Below, piece by piece: positions 20,882-31,014 of a stretch of 64,000 nucleotides of DNA. The notes under the pieces are model-generated. The model was not told where the DNA came from. It did not search any database and was given only the letters and a program-made list of their open reading frames with translations. Numbering within the stretch: position 1 is the stretch's first letter; every line of letters starts with the position of its first letter. Source of the DNA: an uncultured Candidatus Rokubacteria bacterium (GTDB lineage: Bacteria; Methylomirabilota; Methylomirabilia; Rokubacteriales; CSP1-6); contig CAVYTA010000006.1 in NCBI GenBank assembly GCA_963771355.1, positions 2,400,001 through 2,464,000 of the forward strand, written 5' to 3'. The translations under genes were made by a program, and so were the position numbers.

Positions 20882-22120
20882 ATGGCTGGGATCACCGTCT
20901 TCACCAATGCCTTCCTGATCGATTGCACCGGCAAGGAACCCGTCGACGGCGCCGCCGTCGTGGTGGAGGGCGAGCACATCAAGGACGTCATCCGGTCGGG
21001 CAAGGTCGGGCCGCTCAAGGGCCGCGTCGACACCATCAACTGCAAGGGCAAGACTCTCATGCCCGGCCTGACCGATGCCCATGTGCACGTCTGCGCGGTG
21101 GACGCGAACATCCCCGAGCAGCACCGGAACAGCCCCCCGAGCCTCATCGCCGCCAAGGCCATGCGGCGTATCGAGCAAGCGCTGCTGCAGGGCTTCACCA
21201 CCGTCCGGGACGCGGGCGGCGCCGACTACGGCTTCCGCGAGGCCGTCGACTCCGGCCTCTATCCGGGACCCCGTCTCCTCGTCTCCGGGAGGGCGCTCTC
21301 CCAGACGGGCGGCCACGCGGACAAGCGGAGGCGCGCGGAGTGGATCGCGCCGGTGGAGTGCTGCGTGGGCATGGTGGGGGTGATCGCGGACGGGGCCGAC
21401 GAGGTGCGCCGGGCGGCCCGCGAGCAGATCCGGCACGATGTGGACCAGCTCAAGATCATGGCCTCCGGCGGCGCCATGTCGCCCGGTGACGAGCTCGATA
21501 CCACGCAGTACACCGTGGAGGAGATGCGCGCCGCCGTCGAGGAAGCCACCGCGGTGGGCAAGTACGTCCTGGCGCACGCCTATTCCGGCACCGCCATTCG
21601 TAATGCCATCAGCGCCGGCGTCCGTTGCATCGAGCACGGCAATCTCCTCGACGCCGCCGGCGCCCAGGCCATCAAGAAGGCCGGGGCCTACCTCGTCCCC
21701 ACCATGGTCACCTACGAGGCCATCTGGCGCGAGGGCAAGAACTACGGGATCGGCGACCACCAGATCCAGAAGATCAACATGGCCCGGGAGAAGAGCGTCG
21801 AAGGCCTCACCCACGCCTACCGCGCCGGCTGCAAGATCGGCTCCGGCTCCGATCTCCTCGGCGACATGCAGGCCCAGCGCACCGTGGAATTCGAGCTCAA
21901 GGGCCAGGTCATGAAGCCCATGGAGGTGCTCCTGTCCGCCACGCGGACCAATGCCGAGATCTTCCGGATGGAATCCCAGATCGGCTCCGTCGAGCCCGGG
22001 AAGTACGCCGACCTCCTCGTGCTCAAGGGCAACCCCCTCAAGGATCTCCGCGTCTTCCAGAACCAGGACAACCTGCTCCTGATCATGAAGGGAGGCGTCG
22101 CCTACAAGCGCGCCGTATGA
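20882..22120 (+). CDS. Metal-dependent amidohydrolase (Xaa-Pro dipeptidase-like subgroup)
   Basis: PGLTDAHVH, GFTTVRDAGG, LKIMASGG, AHA, IEHG, GSD. Confidence 0.92.
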   Translation: MAGITVFTNAFLIDCTGKEPVDGAAVVVEGEHIKDVIRSGKVGPLKGRVDTINCKGKTLMPGLTDAHVHVCAVDANIPEQHRNSPPSLIAAKAMRRIEQALLQGFTTVRDAGGADYGFREAVDSGLYPGPRLLVSGRALSQTGGHADKRRRAEWIAPVECCVGMVGVIADGADEVRRAAREQIRHDVDQLKIMASGGAMSPGDELDTTQYTVEEMRAAVEEATAVGKYVLAHAYSGTAIRNAISAGVRCIEHGNLLDAAGAQAIKKAGAYLVPTMVTYEAIWREGKNYGIGDHQIQKINMAREKSVEGLTHAYRAGCKIGSGSDLLGDMQAQRTVEFELKGQVMKPMEVLLSATRTNAEIFRMESQIGSVEPGKYADLLVLKGNPLKDLRVFQNQDNLLLIMKGGVAYKRAV

Positions 22121-24666
22121 GCAAGACCGGGAAGAGCACCAGGAGCGGCAAAAGCGCCGGCGGCTCGACGACCGCACCGCCCGCCGCGGCTCCACCAGCC
22201 GCCGCAGGGCCTGCGGACTTCGAGAAGCTCGGCGTCTTCTATCTCGGACGCCCCTACGATCTCGGCGCCCGGAAGCCCGGCGAGGGGTTTCTCCTCTACG
22301 ACGCCAAGGATCTCGTGACCCACGCAGTGTGCGTGGGCATGACCGGCAGCGGGAAGACCGGCCTCTGCCTGTCCCTGCTGGAGGAGGCGGCGATCGACGG
22401 TATCCCCGCGCTGGTGATCGACCCCAAGGGCGATCTCGGCAATCTCCTCCTCACCTTCCCCGAGCTGCGGGCCGCCGACTTCCGGCCCTGGATCAACGAG
22501 GACGACGCGCGGCGGAAGGGCATCACCCCCGACGCGTTCGCGGAGAGCCAGGCCGAGACCTGGACCAAGGGCCTCGCCGCCTGGGGCGAGGATGGCGCGC
22601 GCATCCGCCGGCTCCGGGAGGCGGCGGACTTCGCCATCTACACTCCCGGCAGCAATGCCGGCCTGCCGGTATCGATCCTCAAGTCCTTCGCCGCGCCACC
22701 CGTGGCGGTCAGAGAGGACGCGGAGGCGCTCGGCGAGCGCATCGGCACCACGGTGACGAGCCTGCTCGGCCTGGTGGGCGTCGAGGCCGACCCGGTGAGG
22801 AGCCGCGAGCACATCCTCGTGTCCACCATTCTCCGGGTCGCCTGGGCGGAGGGCCGGGACCTCGACCTCGCCGGCCTGATCCAGCAGATCCAGACGCCGC
22901 CGGTGAAGCGCGTCGGCGTGCTCGACGTCGAGGCGTTCTTCCCGTCGAAGGACCGCTTCGCGCTGGCCATGACGCTGAACAATCTCCTCGCCAGCCCCGG
23001 CTTCGCGGCCTGGATGGAAGGCGAGCCCCTCGACGTGCAGTCCCTGCTCTACACCCGGGAAGGGAAGCCGCGCGTCTCTATTTTCTCCATCGCGCATCTG
23101 GGCGACGCGGAGCGGATGTTCTTCGTCTCGCTCCTGCTCAACCAGACGGTGGGGTGGATGCGCAACCAGTCCGGCACCACCAGCCTCCGCGCGCTCGTCT
23201 ACATGGACGAGATCTTCGGCTACTTCCCGCCGGTGGCGAATCCGCCCTCCAAGCTGCCGCTGCTCACCCTGCTCAAGCAGGCGCGGGCCTTCGGCGTGGG
23301 CGTGGTGCTGGCGACGCAGAACCCGGTGGACCTCGACTACAAGGGGCTCTCCAATGCCGGCACCTGGTTCATCGGCCGCCTGCAGACCGAGCGCGACAAG
23401 GCCCGGGTGCTCGACGGGCTCGAAGGCGCCGCCGCCGGTGCCGCGGGTCGCTTCGACCGCGGCAAGATGGAGGAGACCATCGCCGGCCTGGGTAACCGCA
23501 TCTTCCTCATGAACAACGTCCACGACGATGCCCCGGTGGTCTTCGAGACCCGCTGGGCCATGTCGTATCTGCGCGGCCCGCTCACGCGCGACCAGATCAA
23601 GATCTTGATGGACGGGCGCCGAGGCCGGACGCCGTCCGAAGCCCCGGCGGCCGCGGGATCCACGCCGGCGACACGACCCGCCCGCACCGCCCCGGTATCG
23701 GGAAGCGCGGCCCCCGCGGCCCCGCGCCCCGTGCTGCCGCCGGACGTCCCGCAGCACTTTCTCCCCGTGCGCGGTGCCCGGGCGGGCGCGCTCGTCTATC
23801 AGCCCATGCTGCTCGGCGCGGCGCAGGTGCGCTTCACCGACCCCCGGCGCGGGGTCGAGGTGGCCCAGGACGGCGTGTTCCTCACGGCCATCACCGACGA
23901 GGCAATCGGGGTGGACTGGGAACAGGCGCGCGAGACGCCGGTAGCCCTCGGCGATCTGGAGACCGACCCGGTGGCCGGCGCGGAGTTCGGCGAGCTGCCC
24001 GGCGTCGCGGGCAGGAAGAAGAGCTTCGAGAGCTGGAGCCGCGACTTCGCAGGCTGGTTGTTCCGCACGCGCCGGCTGGAGCTCCACGTGAGCGCCGATC
24101 TCAAGCTGGTGTCGCGGCCCGACGAGTCCGAGGGCGATTTCCGCGTGCGCATCCAGCATGCCGGCCGCGAGGGGCGTGACGAGGCGCTGGAGGTGCTCCG
24201 GAAGAAGTACGCGCCGAAGGTGGCCGTGCTCCAGGAAAAGATCCGCCGCGCCCAGCAGGCGGTGGAGCGCGAGTCTGGCCAGGCCACCCAGCAGGGGCTC
24301 CAGGTCGCCATCTCCCTGGGCGCCACCGTGCTGGGCGCGCTTCTCGGCCGCAAGGCGGTGAGCGCGACCACGCTGGGCCGGGCCACCACCGCGGCGCGCG
24401 GCGCGGGGCGAACCATGAAGGAGGCGCAGGACGTATCGCGCGCCCGGGAAACGGTGGAGAGCCTCCAGCAGGCCCTCGCCGATCTCGAGACCGAGCTCAA
24501 GGCGGAGACCGAGGCGGTCGCGGCGAAGTCGGACCCCGGCCAGGCGCCGCTGGAAACCCTCGCGCTGAAGCCCACCAAGCAGAACATCACGGTCCGGCTG
24601 GTGACGCTGGCCTGGGCGCCCCATCGCCGTGACTCGCAGGGGGCCCTCGTGCCCGCCTGGGAATAG
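22117..24666 (+). CDS. HerA/FtsK-superfamily ATPase (DUF87/DUF853-like) with coiled-coil C-terminus
   Basis: Walker A GMTGSGKT, IDPKGD, Walker B LVYMDE, KQARAFG, LATQNP. Confidence 0.88.
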   Translation: MSKTGKSTRSGKSAGGSTTAPPAAAPPAAAGPADFEKLGVFYLGRPYDLGARKPGEGFLLYDAKDLVTHAVCVGMTGSGKTGLCLSLLEEAAIDGIPALVIDPKGDLGNLLLTFPELRAADFRPWINEDDARRKGITPDAFAESQAETWTKGLAAWGEDGARIRRLREAADFAIYTPGSNAGLPVSILKSFAAPPVAVREDAEALGERIGTTVTSLLGLVGVEADPVRSREHILVSTILRVAWAEGRDLDLAGLIQQIQTPPVKRVGVLDVEAFFPSKDRFALAMTLNNLLASPGFAAWMEGEPLDVQSLLYTREGKPRVSIFSIAHLGDAERMFFVSLLLNQTVGWMRNQSGTTSLRALVYMDEIFGYFPPVANPPSKLPLLTLLKQARAFGVGVVLATQNPVDLDYKGLSNAGTWFIGRLQTERDKARVLDGLEGAAAGAAGRFDRGKMEETIAGLGNRIFLMNNVHDDAPVVFETRWAMSYLRGPLTRDQIKILMDGRRGRTPSEAPAAAGSTPATRPARTAPVSGSAAPAAPRPVLPPDVPQHFLPVRGARAGALVYQPMLLGAAQVRFTDPRRGVEVAQDGVFLTAITDEAIGVDWEQARETPVALGDLETDPVAGAEFGELPGVAGRKKSFESWSRDFAGWLFRTRRLELHVSADLKLVSRPDESEGDFRVRIQHAGREGRDEALEVLRKKYAPKVAVLQEKIRRAQQAVERESGQATQQGLQVAISLGATVLGALLGRKAVSATTLGRATTAARGAGRTMKEAQDVSRARETVESLQQALADLETELKAETEAVAAKSDPGQAPLETLALKPTKQNITVRLVTLAWAPHRRDSQGALVPAWE

Positions 24667-24680
24667 CAAGGAGACCCGCC

Positions 24681-25862
24681 ATGCCAAGCCTTCTCACCGC
24701 CGCCGCCCTGCTGGCCGCCCTGCTCGTCCCCGTCACCGCGCTCGCCCACAAGGATACGGACCCGCCGCATCAGCGCTACGAGATGGGGGACCTCAAGCTC
24801 GAGAGCGGCGACGCGATCAAGAACTTCACCATCTCCTTCGTCACCCACGGCACGTTGAACGCGGACCGTTCGAACGCGATCCTCGTGGTCACCGCCATCG
24901 GGGGCACCCACCACCGGCTCGACTTCCTCATCGGCCCCGGCAAGGCGCTCGACACCGACAAGTACTTCGTGGTGTCGGCCGACGCCATCGGCAACGGGCT
25001 CACCACCTCACCCTCCACCAGTGCCACCCAGCCGCGCATGCAGTTCCCGCGCTTCACCATCCGCGACATGGTGAGCTCGCAGCACCGTCTGCTCACCGAG
25101 CACCTGGGGGTGAAGCACCTCGTGGCGGTGGTGGGCGCCTCCATGGGCGGCATGCAGGCGCTCCAGTGGGGCGTCAAACATCCGGACTTCTCCGACCAGC
25201 TCGTCGCCATGGTGCCGCTCCTGCGCACTCCCGCCTGGACCGTCACCGTGCTGGAGGCGAGCCGCAAGGCCATCATGCTCGACCCCGCCTGGAACGGCGG
25301 CAACTACACGAGCCCGCCCGAGGCCGGGATCCGGCTCTGGCGCGACATCGTCGGGGTCCTGGCCGCGCGCACCCCGGAGCAGCTCCGCGACCAGTTCCCC
25401 TACGGGCTCGACGTGCTGCCCTGGCTCAAGGAGCAGGAGGACGCGCTCATCCCCGTGTTCGACGCCAATGACTGGATCTACCAGACCTGGGCCTACGAGC
25501 GCCACGACATCGCGGCCGGGCCGGGACGGGACGGGGACATGCTCAAGACGCTGCGCGCGATCAAGGCGACCACCCTCATCCTCACCGGGATCAAGGATCT
25601 CCTCAATCCCGAGTGGGAGTCCCGGGACGCCTTCCGCTACATTCCCTCCTCGCGGCACATGCAGATCAATCCGGGCTCCGTCACCGGCCATCTCGCCGCC
25701 TCGGGCCTCTTCCCGGCCGACGTCGAGATGCTCAACCGTGAGATCGGAGCCTTCCTCGAGCGCGGCCGGGTGAAGCGCGCGGAGGGGCCCGGCCCCACCC
25801 CAGCCTATGATCCGGGGGTCGGCACGCCCGGGCGGGCGGGGAGCCGGCCCCCACGGCGATAG
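24681..25862 (+). CDS. Homoserine O-acetyltransferase-like alpha/beta hydrolase with signal peptide; C-terminal tail uncertain
   Basis: IGPGKALDTDKYFVV, FTIRDMV, GASMGGMQALQW, GHLA. Confidence 0.82.
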   Translation: MPSLLTAAALLAALLVPVTALAHKDTDPPHQRYEMGDLKLESGDAIKNFTISFVTHGTLNADRSNAILVVTAIGGTHHRLDFLIGPGKALDTDKYFVVSADAIGNGLTTSPSTSATQPRMQFPRFTIRDMVSSQHRLLTEHLGVKHLVAVVGASMGGMQALQWGVKHPDFSDQLVAMVPLLRTPAWTVTVLEASRKAIMLDPAWNGGNYTSPPEAGIRLWRDIVGVLAARTPEQLRDQFPYGLDVLPWLKEQEDALIPVFDANDWIYQTWAYERHDIAAGPGRDGDMLKTLRAIKATTLILTGIKDLLNPEWESRDAFRYIPSSRHMQINPGSVTGHLAASGLFPADVEMLNREIGAFLERGRVKRAEGPGPTPAYDPGVGTPGRAGSRPPRR

Positions 25863-25899
25863 CGCCCCGCGCGCTCCCACTCGGTATACTGGAAGTCTG

Positions 25900-26916
25900 A
25901 TGAAGATCGGTCCGGTCGAGGTATGCTCGCTCGCCCGCATGGCCCCCATGGCGGGCATCACCAATGCGCCCTTCCGGCTCATCGTGAAGGAGTGCGGCAG
26001 CGGGCTCACCACCACCGAGGAGATGGACGCCACCGCCCTGCTGCTCGAGCATCCGCACGCCACGGACATCGCCGCGTACTTCCCGGAGGAGCGGCCCCTC
26101 GCCATGCAGCTCCTCGGCAAGGACCCCGATGTCCTCCGCCGCGCGGCCGAGAAGTGCCAGCGCCTGGGCGCCGACATCGTGGACCTGAACATGGGCTGCC
26201 CCATGCCCCGCATCACCGGGAAGGGCAAGGGCGCGGCCCTCATGCGCGACGTGAGCGCCACCGCGGGGATCCTCCGCGCCATGCGCTCCGCTCTGTCCGT
26301 GCCGCTCACCATCAAGATCCGGGGCGGCTGGGATGACGAGCATCTCAACGCGGTCGAGGTGGCGCGGATGGCGGAGGCGGAGGGCGTGGACGCCCTCACC
26401 GTGCACCCGCGCACGCGCGCTCAGCGCCACAGCGGCAAGGCGCCGTGGGAGATCATCGCCGAGGTGGTGGACGCGGTGCGCGTGCCGGTGACCGGCAACG
26501 GCGACGTCCGCTCCATGGCCGACGCGCGCCGGATGGCAGCGGAGACGGGGTGCCAGTCGGTGATGGTCGGCCGCGGCGCCCTGGGCCGGCCGTGGCTCTT
26601 CAGCGAGACGTTCGACGCTCTGCCGCTCGAGGGCCAGCGCGACTACAAGCTGCGCGTGATCACCAGGCACCTGGACCTCATCCGGGGTCATTTCCGCGAG
26701 AAGTACGCGCTGGTGCAGACCCAGAAACACCTGGCCTGGTACACCGAGGGCCTGGGGCACGCCACCGATTGCCGGCGCCGACTCTTCGAGTGCAAGTCGA
26801 TCGAGGCGGCGTGGTCGGTGTTCCGCGAGTACTGGGATCAGCACTGGGAGCGGGTGGCGGCGGGCCTGCCCGCGGCACTCATCGAGCTCGCGCCCGCCGG
26901 TCCCCTTCTCAGCTGA
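25900..26916 (+). CDS. dusB: tRNA-dihydrouridine synthase
   Basis: APMAGITN, DLNMGCP, KIRGGW, VHPRT, GNGDV, MVGRGALGRPW. Confidence 0.88.
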   Translation: MKIGPVEVCSLARMAPMAGITNAPFRLIVKECGSGLTTTEEMDATALLLEHPHATDIAAYFPEERPLAMQLLGKDPDVLRRAAEKCQRLGADIVDLNMGCPMPRITGKGKGAALMRDVSATAGILRAMRSALSVPLTIKIRGGWDDEHLNAVEVARMAEAEGVDALTVHPRTRAQRHSGKAPWEIIAEVVDAVRVPVTGNGDVRSMADARRMAAETGCQSVMVGRGALGRPWLFSETFDALPLEGQRDYKLRVITRHLDLIRGHFREKYALVQTQKHLAWYTEGLGHATDCRRRLFECKSIEAAWSVFREYWDQHWERVAAGLPAALIELAPAGPLLS

Positions 26917-28204
26917 GCGCCTCGTCGAGCCGGCGCCCCTCCACGTTGTCCATCGTCAGGCCGAGGAGGTGCGCCAGCGTGGGCGCCACATCCCGGCTCA
27001 CGATCGGTCCGAGCTCGGCTCCGCGTCGTACGCCCGCGCCGGCGGCGAGGAAGAAGGCGGCGTTGTCCGGGTGGGTGGGCCGCTGGCCGTGGGTGCCGCG
27101 ATACCGAGGCGCGGCGTGCACCTCCTCGCCGCGCGCCTCGTCGCCGAAATAGAATCCCGGCGCCGCCTCGAGGACGAGGTCCCCCGCGAGCGCGTTCTCG
27201 CGGGGGGTCGGCAGCCCGAGGCCGTGATAGGCCTCGGTGGTCCACACGCCGGCCACTCCCTCGATATCGGCGAGCGCCCGCGCGAGATCCCGCGCGGTCC
27301 GCTCGCGCTCGCCGCCGCCCGCGAGGTACACGTAGCCGGCGCCGTGGTTCATGACCAGCCGCGCCGCCGCGCGCGTCACCTGCCCCTCCGCGTCCACCTC
27401 CAGGAGGCCCAGTCGCCGCAGGTGGACATTGAGCCGGATCTCGCGCGTCACGGGCAGGAATCCGTGGTCTGACACGATCGCCACCACCGTGTCGGAGTCG
27501 AGCGCGTCGCCCGGCAGCGCGTCGAGCACCTGGCCGATCCGCGCGTCGATGTACTCGATGGCCCAGTAAGCTTCGGGCGAGCGGGGCCCGTAGAGATGCT
27601 GATGGCTGTCGGCGCAGAGGAAGTGCAGGAGCAGCAGATCGGGCCGGTGGGCGTGCAGGACGTGGCCGGCGACGTCCGCTACCATGGCGTCCTTCAGGAA
27701 GCGCTTGGGGAGCAGCGCCCACTCACCCTGGCGATCCAGCGGATAGCCGAGCGCGCCGAGCTCCTTCCACACCCGGGGCGCGGTCTGCGTCTCGAACACG
27801 CGCTGGTCCTTGAAGAAGGGCAGGTTCCAGTCCAGGGACGCCGACCCGCGGGTGCAGGGCCAGTCGATGGCCGCGGTGGCGAGCCCGGCCTCGTGGGCGC
27901 GATCGTGGAGGGTGGGCGCGCGCAGGATGGCGGAGGCGTCGTACACGGGATCGCCGGTGAGATCCTCGACGCGCCCACTCGCGCGCTCGAGGATATGGTT
28001 GCCCACGATGCCGTGCGTGCGCGGCGCCACCCCCGTCACCAGGCTCACGTGGGTGGGCCACGTGGTGCTGGGAAACACCGCCTCCATGCGGGAGGCCACT
28101 ACGCCGCGCTCGGCGAGCCGCCTCAGGGTGGGCAGGCGAAGATTCGGATCATTCCAGTAAAATCCCGCCAGGCCGTCGATGCTGACGAGGAGGACGCGCG
28201 TCAC
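26909..28204 (-). CDS. Nucleotide pyrophosphatase/phosphodiesterase (alkaline phosphatase superfamily)
   Basis: SIDG, FPSTTWPTH, DSHQH, SDHG, GTHG. Confidence 0.9.
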   Translation of the reverse strand: MTRVLLVSIDGLAGFYWNDPNLRLPTLRRLAERGVVASRMEAVFPSTTWPTHVSLVTGVAPRTHGIVGNHILERASGRVEDLTGDPVYDASAILRAPTLHDRAHEAGLATAAIDWPCTRGSASLDWNLPFFKDQRVFETQTAPRVWKELGALGYPLDRQGEWALLPKRFLKDAMVADVAGHVLHAHRPDLLLLHFLCADSHQHLYGPRSPEAYWAIEYIDARIGQVLDALPGDALDSDTVVAIVSDHGFLPVTREIRLNVHLRRLGLLEVDAEGQVTRAAARLVMNHGAGYVYLAGGGERERTARDLARALADIEGVAGVWTTEAYHGLGLPTPRENALAGDLVLEAAPGFYFGDEARGEEVHAAPRYRGTHGQRPTHPDNAAFFLAAGAGVRRGAELGPIVSRDVAPTLAHLLGLTMDNVEGRRLDEALS

Positions 28205-28216
28205 GCCCGGGGCCCG

Positions 28217-29317
28217 CTACTGGCCCCGCCCGCGCCCCGACACCTCCCACACCGCCTCGACCTTGTCGCCGCGCATGGCATAGATCTGATCGTAGAGATT
28301 GATGGTGGGATCGCAGTGCGGGGGGAAGAACTCGATCCGGTCGCCGAGCCGCGGGGCGCGGTCCTGGTCGGAAATGGTGAGGCGGCCGTGCTCGTCGCCC
28401 GCCCACGAGTACTCGACGCCCGGCCACTCGACGGCCTCGGGCGGGAACGGGCGGTCGGTGGAGAACGCTTTGAAGCCGCCGTCCACGATGGCCAGCTCCG
28501 CGCTCGGCCTGCTCACCACCGTCGTCAACACGGTGAGCGCCAGCTCGAACTGGCTGTTGAGCTTGCTGCCCTTGGCGCCGATGCGCCGGTAGTCGAGGTC
28601 CATCACGCAGTAGGAGCCCGCCTGCAGCTCGGTGAGCCCGGGCAGCTCCACGTCGATGTCGAAGGTGCCGCTCGAGCCCCCGCTCACGATCTCCACCGGA
28701 AGCCCGTGCTTGTCGAACAGATCGCGCGTCTTCATGAGCCGGCGCATCCACTTGAGCGAGGCCTTGTGGCGTGACGCCCAGCCCATCACGTGGGCGCAGT
28801 GGCCCGCATACCCCTGCAGCCCGCGCAGGTTCAGCGCGCGCTCGTTGGCCACGAGCTTGCCCAGGTGCAGCGCGGGTTCGCCCGGCTCCACCCCGGTGCG
28901 CCGGCCGCCCACCTCCACGTCCACGAGGACATTGAGCACCTTGCCCGCGCGACCCATGGCGCCGGCCAGCTCGCGGATGTTCTCGGCGTTGTCCACCACC
29001 GCCAGCGTCTCGGGACTCTTGTCGAGCACCTTGAGGAGGCGGCCGATCTTCTCTTCTCCCACCACCTCGGTGGTGATGAGGAGGTTACGGACGCCCGCGG
29101 TCGCCATCACCTCCGCCTCACCCACCTTCGCCACGCACACCCCCACCGCGCCGGCGGCGATCTGGCGACGCGCGATCTCCGGGCACTTGTGGGTCTTGGC
29201 GTGGGGGCGGATCTTCTTGCCCACCGCCTTCACGTGAGCGGCCATCTTCTGGAGATTGCGCTCGAAGCGATCGAGATCGAGGAGCAGCGCGGGCGTGGGG
29301 AGCTCGGCCTTGGTCAT
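28217..29317 (-). CDS. DSD1-family PLP enzyme (D-threonine aldolase / D-serine dehydratase / BhcC-like)
   Basis: TPALLLD, RPHAKTHK, ELQAGSY, DEHG, PPHCDPTINL. Confidence 0.9.
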   Translation of the reverse strand: MTKAELPTPALLLDLDRFERNLQKMAAHVKAVGKKIRPHAKTHKCPEIARRQIAAGAVGVCVAKVGEAEVMATAGVRNLLITTEVVGEEKIGRLLKVLDKSPETLAVVDNAENIRELAGAMGRAGKVLNVLVDVEVGGRRTGVEPGEPALHLGKLVANERALNLRGLQGYAGHCAHVMGWASRHKASLKWMRRLMKTRDLFDKHGLPVEIVSGGSSGTFDIDVELPGLTELQAGSYCVMDLDYRRIGAKGSKLNSQFELALTVLTTVVSRPSAELAIVDGGFKAFSTDRPFPPEAVEWPGVEYSWAGDEHGRLTISDQDRAPRLGDRIEFFPPHCDPTINLYDQIYAMRGDKVEAVWEVSGRGRGQ

Positions 29318-29375
29318 GGCGGGGAGGATAGCACGGTCGCCCCCGCCGCCGGACTCGCGGTATGATGTCGCCCTC

Positions 29376-30542
29376 ATGCCCGGGCGCCCCTTTCTCCAGA
29401 TCCCCGGCCCCACGCTGGTTCCGGAGCGCATCGTCCGGGCCATGTCCCAATCCATCATCGATCACCGGGGCCCGGCGTTCGCCGGACTGGTCCGTGAATG
29501 CCTGGACGGCCTCAAGGGCGTGTTCCAGACGGAGGGCGGCCACATCCTGCTCTTCCCGGGATCGGGCACCGGCGCGTGGGAGGTGGCCCTCGTCAACACG
29601 CTGTCACCGGGCGATCGCGTGCTCGCCTGCGTGAACGGCCATTTCTCCGCCGGCTTCGCCAAGGTGGCCGCCGCCTACGGCATCGAGTGCGACCGCCTCG
29701 AGGTCTCCTATGGCGACGGCATCGCCGCCGCTGACGTCGAGACCCGGCTCCGTGCGGACTCCGCCCGGCAGATTCGCGCGGTGCTGGTCGTGCACAACGA
29801 GACGTCCACCGGCGTCACCAGTGACATCGCGGCCATCCGGCGCGCCCTCACTGCCGCCGGCCATCCGGCTCTGCTGCTGGTGGACACCGTGTCCTCGCTC
29901 GCCTCCATCGATTTCCGCATGGACGAGTGGGGCGTGGACGTGGCGCTCACGGGGCCCCAGAAGGGGCTCATGCTGCCGCCCGGGCTGGCCATCGTGGCCG
30001 CGAGCCAGAAAGCGGTGGACGCGAGCGAGAAGGCGAAGTGCCCGCGCTCGTACTGGGACTGGGCGCCGGTGATCGAGCGGAATCGCCGCGGCGAGTATCC
30101 CTATACGCCGGCAATCGCTCTGCTCTTCGGGCTACGCGAGTCACTGGCCATGCTCTCCGAAGAGGGGCTGACCCAGGTCTTCACGCGCCACGCCCGGCTG
30201 GGTGAGGCCTGCCGCCGCGCGGTTTGCGGGCTCGGGCTCGAGATCCTCTGCCGGAACCCCGCGGAGTACTCGAACACGCTCACCGCCGTGGTCATGCCCC
30301 GGGGCAAGGACTCCGACGCCTACATCGCGCATGCCCACCAGGCGCTCGCGATGTCACTCGGCGCCGGGCTCGGCGCCATGAAGGGCAAGGTCTTCCGCAT
30401 CGGGCACCTCGGCAGCCTCAACGAGCTGGAGCTGCTCGGCGGGCTGGCCGGCGTGGAGATGACGCTCCGGAGCTTCGGCGTGGACGTGCGCCTCGGCGCC
30501 GGGCTCGCCGCCGCCCAGCAGTACCTGCTCGAGACCGCCTGA
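29376..30542 (+). CDS. Class V aminotransferase (serine/alanine/aspartate-glyoxylate type)
   Basis: QIPGPT, DHRGP, HNETSTG, DTVSS, GPQKG, YTPA, FRIGHLG. Confidence 0.92.
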   Translation: MPGRPFLQIPGPTLVPERIVRAMSQSIIDHRGPAFAGLVRECLDGLKGVFQTEGGHILLFPGSGTGAWEVALVNTLSPGDRVLACVNGHFSAGFAKVAAAYGIECDRLEVSYGDGIAAADVETRLRADSARQIRAVLVVHNETSTGVTSDIAAIRRALTAAGHPALLLVDTVSSLASIDFRMDEWGVDVALTGPQKGLMLPPGLAIVAASQKAVDASEKAKCPRSYWDWAPVIERNRRGEYPYTPAIALLFGLRESLAMLSEEGLTQVFTRHARLGEACRRAVCGLGLEILCRNPAEYSNTLTAVVMPRGKDSDAYIAHAHQALAMSLGAGLGAMKGKVFRIGHLGSLNELELLGGLAGVEMTLRSFGVDVRLGAGLAAAQQYLLETA

Positions 30543-30564
30543 CCCCGCGGCGAGCGCGCCCCGC

Positions 30565-31014
30565 CTAGCTGAGGCTCACCCGGTCCGATAGCTCGTTGCG
30601 GTCGTCGGGTCGTCGGGGGAAATGCGCGGCGAGCGATGCGCCGACCTCGCCCACGGCATCGATCAGCCCGTCCCGCGGGCGCTCGTCCCGGAGATGCCCC
30701 AGGATGCGCGCGACGAGGCTGTCCCAGTAGGCCTGCCCCACGCGGGCGTGGATGCCGGCGTCGCCGATCACGGCGAGCTTCCGGTCCGTCACCGCCACGT
30801 AGACGAGCACTCCGGCCCGCAGGTCGGTGCGGTGCATGCCGAGGCGCTCGAAGATCGCCACCGCGCGCGCCATCGGGTCACCCGGGCACGAGTGGTCGAG
30901 GTGGACGCGGATCTCGGCGGCCGTCCGCGCCTCCGCCGCCGTCACCGCCGCCGCCACCGCGTCCTGATCGGCGGCCGACAGGAATCCCCGGACCCAGCGC
31001 GGATGGCGGGCCAT
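30565..31014 (-). CDS. TPM domain protein
   Basis: AEARTAAEIRVH, GVLVYVA, NELSD. Confidence 0.88.
   Translation of the reverse strand: MARHPRWVRGFLSAADQDAVAAAVTAAEARTAAEIRVHLDHSCPGDPMARAVAIFERLGMHRTDLRAGVLVYVAVTDRKLAVIGDAGIHARVGQAYWDSLVARILGHLRDERPRDGLIDAVGEVGASLAAHFPRRPDDRNELSDRVSLS

Noticed and set aside
25760..25862. Pro/Gly-rich C-terminal tail as a functional domain
   Set aside because: Removing one G at CGGGTGA would stop the protein at a more typical length, so the tail may be an artefact.
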